64,000 bases of DNA from Candidatus Atabeyarchaeum deiterrae (GTDB lineage: Archaea; Asgardarchaeota; Atabeyarchaeia; Atabeyarchaeales; Atabeyarchaeaceae), in the NCBI GenBank assembly GCA_037310415.1, contig CP147780.1:1024001-1088000 (forward strand). The letters are read 5' to 3'. Each line of letters begins with the position of its first letter. Positions within the stretch are counted from its first letter, which is position 1. The notes below the pieces were generated by a model. The model worked only from the letters and a program-made list of their open reading frames with translations, ran no database searches and was not told where the DNA came from. Below, in pieces: positions 1 through 9,300 of the stretch. The position numbers were made by a program, and so were the translations under genes.

Positions 1-312
1 CCAAGGCTTTTTGAGGAATTCTTTTTCCTGTTCTTTGTCATCTTCTAGGTCTCTTTTTGTGACTATTTCGTAGCAGCGGTCTCCATGTATTTCTTCAATG
101 TGATCCCCATGCCTCTCATCTATGTATGGGAATGATACTCGTATTACGTACTTGTCCTCTGCGATTGAGATTGCTTGTTTTGCTTCTTCTGGTGTCAGAC
201 CTTCCTGAACGAGTAGTTGTTCCATCTTGTCTGCTTTACAGAATTTGCTTTTGGTCTTGGTGAATACTTGTTTTACCGTTGAAATAAGTTGGTCTTCGTT
301 AACGGCTACCAC
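1..312 (-). CDS. Hypothetical protein, partial (runs off the window), translationally coupled to the upstream LAGLIDADG gene
   Basis: Not in the ORF track. GTG at 312-310 opens 104 stop-free codons (MVAVNEDQLISTVKQVFTKTKSKFCKADKMEQLLVQEGLTPEEAKQAISIAEDKYVIRVSFPY...KKPW). It overlaps the stop of 299..2980. Confidence 0.7.
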   Translation of the reverse strand, partial: MVAVNEDQLISTVKQVFTKTKSKFCKADKMEQLLVQEGLTPEEAKQAISIAEDKYVIRVSFPYIDERHGDHIEEIHGDRCYEIVTKRDLEDDKEQEKEFLKKPW

Positions 313-2980
313 TCTCCATCATACTCTTGAGTTTTTCCTGTTTCCTGCTCTGTGGAAATCCGATTTCGTCGCAGAACACTCTATTATCTCGTTTCGAAGT
401 TATTTGAAGAGCCCATGAGACGCTATAGCCATCTTCTCGCTTGTATATCTCTATTGGGTGTTTATTGACCGTTATGCCGAAATCCTCATGGAGCATTCTT
501 GCCTCCGACTCCAAAAGTCGTGGACGCTCAGGTTGCAGTGCGTTTCGGATGTCTAGGGGTAAGTCTTTGAACATGCAATACCTCACATGTTTCTCACGGA
601 CAACGACTTTGGGTACCTTTTCTCTCCAGTGTTCGCTCATTGCGTCGAGTCGGTTCCTCTGCCCGTCTGACAGTCCCTGGGTCACGTCTACAGCTCTCGT
701 GAGGGTGGTTATCCCGCAGTGAGGTGAGGGTGATCCTTCGTCGCCGAAGGCTTGTTTTAGCCACTCTCGTTTCATTTCGATTGACCCGTTGCGTATGAAC
801 GTGGGTATGTCTGGGTTTTGCAGAATGATTCTACCGGTTATTGCTCCTGATCTCTGCAGGACGTGTCCAACTATGTCTGTTGTTGCACGCACTCTCGCGA
901 TTCTGCCGTCGGTGTATTCTCTGTCGAGTATGTTTGGCCTGCCGAATACGTTTGTTAGTGATTCTGCGATTCTGTTTCTTTGTTCTGCGTCCTTGTTTGT
1001 GTAGTCGAATCTTGGTCCTGCGCCTTTTGGTGTGTGGATTGATCCGTCTGAGAATCTTGCAGCGTGGAGTCTCGCTCCGTCGGTGGTGTTCAGTTTGAAG
1101 GGGAGGTTTGGGTTCTCAACCGCTCTGCGGTTTCCTATTGCCGTGATGTGGCTGTTCGACTCATCGAGGTCTCTGCCGAGGTATCGTAAGATCGGGATCA
1201 GTTTGTTAGCCACCATGCCGTCCATTCGTTCACTCAGTTGGTCGTTTAGATATTTGATGCAGATTTGTGTTCCTCTGTCTTTTAGCTCCTGTCGGAGTGG
1301 GGTTTTCCCTCCTGCTTTATTGATTGCAGCTTGGAGTAGTTCTTGTTTGTACTCTTTGTCAAGATATACCATTGTGGTTAGTGGTAGTGCGTACCATGGT
1401 GTTTCGTAGGGTGGGGCTGTCTTGTTTTCTTTTGGTATGCGGAGGAATTCTTCTCCTTGGTCTGTTTTGTATCTGTAGAGTTCTAAGTTTCCTATTCTTT
1501 CTTGCTCTACTGTTGTGATCTTGTAGTTTTGGTTTTCGTGGGTTATTGTGTGTCCTTCTCCTTCGAGCTTTAGTACTGTTTTGTCTTTTCGCTTTTCTCG
1601 TGGGCTTGTTCTTTCTTTGAGTGGTTCTGGTGAGAGGACTATGCTGTTTGTTTTCACTCTAAAAGTGTTGGCTTCTCCGTCTCCTCCATTTGTGAGTAGT
1701 TCTTCTGCAATTTTCTTGCTAAGGTTTATTGCTCCGTCTTCGATTCTTGCTACTACGAGTCTTTCTCCTCTTTCTGTTTGGATAACCATCTTCGCGTAGT
1801 CCCCATTTCTAACGTTGAACCCTAGTTCTCCAAGTTTGTCGTGGAGTTGTATCTTCGTCTCGCCATTGGTCGTGGCTGGTTCGACTTGGATGCTTTGCTT
1901 CCAGGGTTGGCCCTCAGGTCCCCTCACATTTAGAACATTAACATCTACTTTGTCTCCCACTTTGATGCCCATGGATTCAACGTCCGCTCTCGTGGTGTTT
2001 GCTCTTGTCCCTTTGACCGCTTTGAGCTCAGCGATGGCTTGAACCCCATTCTTCTCGAGAAGTGTCGTTATTATGTCTCTTCGGTGGAACTCCACATTTG
2101 TCATGGGGTTAAGCTTTAGGTAGTATGTCTGTTGAGCTTGGCTGTAGTCTATTGTTGCGTCGGGGTTTCGGGTACTCTCAATGAACGCATCAATGCTGTA
2201 GATTGCTCCTTTCCACTTTATGGCTATGTTTTGGCTTTCGGATGAGCGAAACTCCCTCAGTTCTTGCTCTAAGTCCTTCCCAGTCATGTGGGATAGTTGT
2301 TGTAGATCATGTAAGGCGGTGTGTTCTTTGTTGCTCTCCAGGTAGGATAGTTGGCTTTCACTGTATCCAAGCTCATCTGCAAGTTCGCGTCTGCTGAGAC
2401 CCAGTTCTGTGCGCCACTCTCTAACTAGTTCGCCTGCACCAACTACCCTAGCATCGTAAACCCTTATCTTTCCCAGCTCGGTTGCGTAGGTTGCTTGTTC
2501 CGCTTCCGCTCTGTCGGGGTTACTATGGTGCTCCTTCTTGGTCCTTGTGGAGGCGTCACCGTCACCTCGTATCTTGGTGTTGTCTTTTGTCTCCCCCTGC
2601 CCGCGCATGTCCACATTATTGGGATGTTGCTGTCGTTGCTGCTCTGATCTTTGCGGGTGTTCTCCTATTGCTTCTCTTTTCCTATCTGCGTCTTCTTCTT
2701 TTTGCTTCAGTCTGTCACCATCGGCGCTGGGATTCTCTGATTCAGTGTTAGTCGACTGGTTTCTTATCTCTGCACTTATCCTATGTCCCTCCATCTCGTC
2801 TACCTTGATCGTTGTTTCATTGCTCTCGACAGGACTATTCATTGACCTCTCATATTCTTCCAAGCACCATTCTGACAGGTAGTCCCATTCGCCATCTTCT
2901 TCGCGCGGGTTTTCCGCTTTTTCCCGTAGCTTTTCTCCCTTTTCACCAGGCAACCTCTCGCCCTCCAACAGCCTTGTCAT
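299..2980 (-). CDS. Large multidomain protein: disordered acidic N-terminus, XRE-type HTH, C-terminal LAGLIDADG endonuclease-like domain
   Basis: HTH: ELVREWRTELGLSRRELADELGYSESQLSYLE. LAGLIDADG-type blocks: LHAARFSDG, WLKQAFGDEGS, FCDEIGFPQSRKQEKL. No intein splicing motifs. Confidence 0.75.
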   Translation of the reverse strand: MTRLLEGERLPGEKGEKLREKAENPREEDGEWDYLSEWCLEEYERSMNSPVESNETTIKVDEMEGHRISAEIRNQSTNTESENPSADGDRLKQKEEDADRKREAIGEHPQRSEQQRQQHPNNVDMRGQGETKDNTKIRGDGDASTRTKKEHHSNPDRAEAEQATYATELGKIRVYDARVVGAGELVREWRTELGLSRRELADELGYSESQLSYLESNKEHTALHDLQQLSHMTGKDLEQELREFRSSESQNIAIKWKGAIYSIDAFIESTRNPDATIDYSQAQQTYYLKLNPMTNVEFHRRDIITTLLEKNGVQAIAELKAVKGTRANTTRADVESMGIKVGDKVDVNVLNVRGPEGQPWKQSIQVEPATTNGETKIQLHDKLGELGFNVRNGDYAKMVIQTERGERLVVARIEDGAINLSKKIAEELLTNGGDGEANTFRVKTNSIVLSPEPLKERTSPREKRKDKTVLKLEGEGHTITHENQNYKITTVEQERIGNLELYRYKTDQGEEFLRIPKENKTAPPYETPWYALPLTTMVYLDKEYKQELLQAAINKAGGKTPLRQELKDRGTQICIKYLNDQLSERMDGMVANKLIPILRYLGRDLDESNSHITAIGNRRAVENPNLPFKLNTTDGARLHAARFSDGSIHTPKGAGPRFDYTNKDAEQRNRIAESLTNVFGRPNILDREYTDGRIARVRATTDIVGHVLQRSGAITGRIILQNPDIPTFIRNGSIEMKREWLKQAFGDEGSPSPHCGITTLTRAVDVTQGLSDGQRNRLDAMSEHWREKVPKVVVREKHVRYCMFKDLPLDIRNALQPERPRLLESEARMLHEDFGITVNKHPIEIYKREDGYSVSWALQITSKRDNRVFCDEIGFPQSRKQEKLKSMMESGSR

Positions 2981-3096
2981 TGCTGTCGGTGTGCGTCGGC
3001 AGGTAGATTGGCGCGTGTAGTTTGGCTGGCCGATTGTCTTATTGCTGGTTCTCTTTCAACAATGCTGACAAGCTCTATGTGTGCAAGTGGATTCGC

Positions 3097-3288
3097 TCAC
3101 TCGTTGTACTTATTGGTGGCTTTCTTGAAGATCTTTAATGCCAGCGTCGCCATCCTATCGGGTTCCCCTGTGTAACTTGCTGCCTCGACCACGATAAGAT
3201 CCACCAATCGCTCAACGTTCCTTGCTTTATAAGCCTTAGAAACGGCTTCACATGGGTTCTTGGTTTTCTTCTGGACCAAATCCAGCAT
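3097..3288 (-). CDS. Small hypothetical protein
   Basis: 63-aa ATG ORF, co-oriented upstream of the LAGLIDADG gene and divergent from lhr. Confidence 0.4.
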   Translation of the reverse strand: MLDLVQKKTKNPCEAVSKAYKARNVERLVDLIVVEAASYTGEPDRMATLALKIFKKATNKYNE

Positions 3289-3394
3289 AGTTACCTTTTG
3301 TTGTATTCAGATTGGTTAACGCAAGATTTTTTATCCAGTCTCGACATAGCTAGATTTTTGCGACGAAGTATGCTCTCAGCGAGTGACGTAGCAG

Positions 3395-6300
3395 ATGACT
3401 ATTAGCTTCATCAAGGAGCCTCCATACTCAGAGAAAGAGACGCTCGATAGGTTGCGCCCATATGTGGCTCAATGGTTCAGAGAGACGTTTCAAGAGATGA
3501 CTCCCCCTCAGACATACGCCATTCCATTGATTCACGAGGACAGAAATACGCTTATATTCTCGCCCACCGGCTCTGGAAAGACGCTAGCTGCGTTTCTTTC
3601 AATGATTGACAAACTCTTCGCAATGGGAGAAAAAGGAGAGCTAGATGAGACCATCTATGTCCTCTATGTCAGCCCTCTGAGAGCACTAAACAATGATATC
3701 AGACGCAACTTGATGATTCCACTCGAAGGCATAAGAGAAATCTCACGCAAGGGCAATCTAGAGTTACCCCTCATCAACCTAGCTGTGAGGACTGGGGACA
3801 CACCTCAAAATGAGCGCAGCAAGATGCTTCGACATCCCCCTCACATATTGATAACAACTCCCGAGACGCTGTCGATTATACTTACTTCACCCAAATTTAG
3901 CCAGAAATTGAAGACGGTCAAATGGGTGATTGTTGACGAGATCCATGAGTTATGTGACTCAAAGAGAGGGGTTCACTTATCCTTAAGCCTTGAGAGACTG
4001 CAAAACCTCATCGGGGTTGACAAAGAGTTCGTGAGAGTAGGTTGCAGTGCGACTCAGGCTCCCGTGGAAGAAATAGCAAGGTTCCTAGTGGGATACCGTG
4101 ATGATGACTCATTCAGAGACTGCGACATTGTCGACGTTTATTCGACTAAATCCCTTGACATAAGAGTTCTGTGTCCGGTAGCAAATCTTGCGTATGCTAG
4201 CTACGACTCTGCGACTGATAGCATGTACGACCTTCTCAAGAAGCAAATCGACTCTCACAGAACAACTTTGATATTTACAAATACTAGAAGTGGAACTGAG
4301 AGAGTCTCTTTCAGGCTTAAGGAACTGTACGGAGAAGAGCATGTCGACCAACTGGCGGCTCACCACGGCAGCTTGAGCCGTGACACTAGACTCGATGTTG
4401 AGGAACGCCTGAAAAAGGGAATGTTGAAAGCCGTCGTAAGCTCAACTTCACTTGAACTCGGAATAGATATAGGATACGTTGATCTTGTCTCTCAAATTGG
4501 AAGCCCAAAGAGCGTCGCCAAAGGCCTACAGCGAATTGGGAGAGCGGGTCATGCTCTGCATGAGACATCAATTGGACGACTACTGGTCTTTGATCTAGAC
4601 GACCTTGTAGAGTGCACTGTTCTGGTCAAATCAGCTTATGAAGGCAAGATCGACAGAGTTGCAATCCCAAGGAACTGCTTGGATGTTCTATGTCAGCACA
4701 TAGTGGGCATGAGCATCCAATCTAGATGGTCCGTTGCTGACGCATACCAACTCGTCAAGCGTTCATATTGCTACCATGAACTATCATTTCAGGATTTCAT
4801 GAGCGTGGTGAAATACCTTTCCGGCGAACATGTGAGTCTCGAGGAGCGAGGAGTCTACAGGAAGATCTGGTTTGACGAGGAACAACAAGTCTTCGGGCGG
4901 AAGAGAGGCGCCCGAATGATATACTTCTTGAATGTGGGAACTATTCCAGAAGAAGCTAATTATAGAGTTCTCCTTGAGGAATACAGGAATCCGCTAGGTC
5001 AGCTGTCTGAGAGCTTTGTTGAACGACTCCAACCCGGCGACATTTTCGTTCTCGGCGGCAGGGCGTATGAGTTCAAAAGGACAAGCGGAATGAAAGTTTA
5101 TGTTGGACCAGCCTTCGGTAGACGTCCAACTGTTCCGTCATGGAGTGGCGAGATGCTTCCAAGAAGCTTCGACTTGTCATGCGAAATCGGCAAATTCCGC
5201 CAGGAACTATCAGACAGAATAAGGAAGGAAGGGCTAGATGTTGCTCGAAGATGGCTTCTGGAGGAGTACAAAGTAGATGAGAGATCAGCCGAGAGCATTC
5301 TGGTTTATTTCAGAAATCAACTTGCGATCACTGGAACTGTGCCAACCGATAAGAGGATCATAATTGAAGGATACATCGACAAAAAAGGTCGGCTCAATAT
5401 AGTCTTCCATAGCGTGTATGGCCGACGGGTGAATGATGCTTTAAGCAGAGTATATGCCTATGCTGTAAGCAAGCTCGCAAGAGCTAACGTGGCTACCGCA
5501 ATTCTCGATGATGGATTTGTGATAACCCTCCCAGCTGGGCGCATGATTGATCTAGCAGGAATCCCTCCACTTGTGACACCTGATAATGTCGGGGTATACA
5601 TACGCAAAGCGATCAGAAGAACTGAACTCTTCAAGCAGAGATTCCGCCACTGTGCAGTCAGAAGCTTCATGGTTCTGAAAATGTACAAAGGGTGGGAAAT
5701 CTCTGTCAGTAGACAGCAAACAAGAGCCGTGAAGGTTCTTGACTTGTTGGAAGGGACGGATGACTTTCCGGTGGTGAAGGAGACCTACAGAGAGATACTT
5801 GAGGACGTAATGGACCTACCGAACGCCACGAGCATTGTCAAGGGAATATATGACGGTGAGATAGATATCCGAGTTCTTCCCCTTACTGATGTTCCATCCC
5901 CATTCTCCCATAGCTTGATCCTTGTGGGCGCGGAAGACGTTGTCCTGATGGAGGATCGCGGAGCGCTCCTTAGGGAGTTGCACCGCCAGGTTCTCGCGCG
6001 AGTTGTCGGTGAAGCGGGTGAGGCGCTATTCTCAGAAGAGATAGTCCAAACTCTGTATAATCAGAGGCAGCATGTTACTCCCGAGAGCCACGGGAAAGTT
6101 AAAGAAGATATTCCAAGAATACTTCACGATATAGGACCATCCGAACTCTTCCGAGACACCTACCCAACAATCCTAAACAGAATGGTTGTCGACCCTGACA
6201 CTACTAGGAACTGGGCAAGAGAGCTTGTTGCCGACAGACAGCTGATTATAATTCGAACAGCGAAAGGAGAACTGGATGGCGTCACAATAGACGACTTCCC

Positions 6301-9300
6301 GATGTATTATCATGTCTTCAAAACCTCGTTGAGTGACCCTGACGAGCTTGAGAACAGAATTATCAGAACCCTTAATGAGAATCCTCTTCAGACGAATGAA
6401 CTTCAGGAAATCTTGAATGTCAAAGACGCTGAGCTCAGGAGGGCTTTGCGAAGACTTGAAAGAGCAATGTTGATAGTCAGATCCAAATACGTGCCAGAAG
6501 GATCTGCCAAGGATGAAGTCCGCGAGACAACGTGGAATCTGCTATCAAAGCATATGCCAAAAGAGATCATACTCCGACTTGACGAAACGGATCCTGAAGA
6601 TGAAAAGGAAAAAGCTGCAAGACAATTCCTTTGGTCCCACGGTCCTTGCATCTCATCAGAAGTGGGACTCTGCCTCAACATGACAGAAGAAGAAGCTGAA
6701 AGAATTCTCAAACGACTAGAAAGAACTGGCGAGGTCTTCAGCGGCAACTTCATAGCTTCAAAACCCCCCGCCCAATACCTAATTGCCGAAGACCGAGAGC
6801 TACTGAAGCAGTTAGAAAAGGGAAGAGAGCCAACAAGATTCTCCGAAGCCGTTGTTACGCAATTGGTACTGGAGAAACAGCATCTGACTTCAACAACTAA
6901 GGGACGAGGAGAAGAAGATGTCATAAGAATCATTGGTGAAATCGGGCCGATACAGACACACAGAGCGCTATACCACCGAATTGAAGGATTCGACTGGGAT
7001 TCGCTCCGACGACTTCGCGCTGGCGATAGGAGAATAGTCGTTGGAAGATTCACAGAAAGAGGATTATCATACATAAGCACGAGCGATCTTCCAATTTACT
7101 TGGCTCTACACGAAACCTCACAGAGCAACCTCTCAAACATTGATCAGATGATACTGAACACGATCATACGCGAGAATCCGATAACTAAAGGCAGGATAAT
7201 CGCGTTAATGGCGGTGGACAAGCCAACTGCGGAGGAGAGCTTGGAGAGACTGGAAGAGTCCCTTTTAATCGTCAGAACTGTTCCTCCCGAGACAGAGATG
7301 GAAATCCAGCAAATAACTCTCTATGAACCTATGGAGAACTACGCCTCTCAGTTCAAGAAACTGAGTAGAGAGGAGGCGCTCAGAGCGATTGCCCTTAAGA
7401 CCATTGAGACGCATGGACCGATTACTATCCAGGGAATAATATCACTGACTAATCTCCCATACGACGAAATAGAAGGCACTCTCACTACACTCAGAAGAGA
7501 AGGGTTGATCTTATCAGGGCAATTCATTGAAGGCATACCCATCGAAACTTACGTCATCGCACGCGACCTTCCAATGCTAAGAGAACTCAGCGACCGATTA
7601 TCCGCGAACACTCCAAGAGATGACGAGATCCCCTACGATGGCAGAATAATGGTAGACGTACTTAGCAACCTAGATCCATATACATGGAGAGTTGCCCAAC
7701 AGTTAACTGATCTATATGGAAGCTCATTCCTCAACCCAATAATTGTTGATGGAACGCTTGTAGGTGCAGCTGATGTTCGCGTAACCCAGGATCTTCTGCA
7801 TGTGGCAGATATGAAGTTGTCAGATGTCTTATCCGAGAGACTCAATTTGGTTAAGAGAATAGGGCAGCGATTCATCGACATCGCATTATATTATGGACTC
7901 ATGGCAGTGGAGGTCGAGTTCATTTGGGGTCAACCTGCGGTATCGGACAAGAATGAGAAGATCGTGAAGACCTTCACTGAACTCGGCTTTGAGATCGTTG
8001 GCGACAGGCTATGCTGGGGAGAGACGCCATCAGAGATTTTCGACGAACATGTTGTCAGAGAATTCCAGTTGAAAAAGCAACACGTTCACCCAGAGACACG
8101 AGGCAAGACGAAGCAAGACATAAGCAGAATAATAGATGACATAGTTGGCGTACGACTCCCATGGGAAGACAAGCTCAACATAAGAGTTGAAGGACTAAAA
8201 CGAGAATGGGTGGAGGAACTACTGAAGAAAGATAGGGTCCTTGTTCAAGACGCCCTGTTCAGTTTGAAACCAATGATTGTACCTGTAGCGGATTGGTCAA
8301 CCTATTGGTGGGCTAGCAAGACACCTTTGAAGTTGGGCATTGACCATATTAGCCTTCTCAAGATCATCAGGGAGACTGGTCCAATCTCAAAGAAGGCACT
8401 GATCAGAAGATCTCTGATGCATCAACTCGATGCCGAGCAGATTCTTTCAGTTCTGTCTGACATGAGACTGGCCCTGAGCATAGGCGGCTTAGCAGCTGCA
8501 AGCGTCTGGGTCGCGACAGACAAATGGTTTCCACCGACTGTAAAAGCACGAGAATATGTCGAGCCCCATGACGCAAGAAGAAAGATCATCCTCAGGTTTC
8601 TTAGGAGTCTGGGTCCTCTCACCGTATCACAGCTTCGTGAACTTACAGGATTTCATTCAAGGCAAGTGAGACTCTGTCTCATGGAACTCAGAGACCAAGG
8701 AAAGATTGGACTAGGAAGATTCTCAAGATCTGCAAGGACCCAAATACAATTTGTAGCTCTTGACGACTTGGACGAACTTCACTCACTTTCGTCTACCCTG
8801 AACAGAGGTTCAAAGCGGCTAGGTAGGAGCCTTACAATCCCTCCAGGAGACCCACTCTACTATGCGATTAGGGAGGAGATCAAAGACAACTTCAAAACAT
8901 CTTGGTGCTACTCAATCTGCTTAGATGACGGTTCAGTGGCGGCGGTTTACAAATCGAAAGGTGTTAAGAAAAGACACTTCGTGGTAACAGATCTCCTAAT
9001 ACTCTCCATTCATTGTGACAACAAAGATGTCATCAATAACGTCATTGACCAAATTGATGAAGTCGCCCGGTATAGCGGATCACTCGACATTGAACTCAAG
9101 ATGATCAATGAAAAAGCAGTCACCTATGAGGGTAACCAGGGTATTGTGGAACTCTTCAAACTAAGAGGATACAAAGTTGGAGGGACAGTTCTCTACAAGG
9201 CCTTCTCAGTAGCTGTTCAGCCCAGTGGTAAGGAAGTGTTTGCAGAAGATGTCTGCATAGAGTTCCTCATGCAGAGACAACATCTCGCTCCACTCTACCA

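Noticed and set aside
299-1150. Intein interpretation of the LAGLIDADG domain
   Set aside because: There is no N-terminal Cys/Ser block, TxxH motif or C-terminal HN-C/S/T; the protein ends right after the endonuclease.
3097-3099. Selenocysteine recoding of the in-frame TGA
   Set aside because: There is no redox-motif context and no SECIS-like element was recognised.
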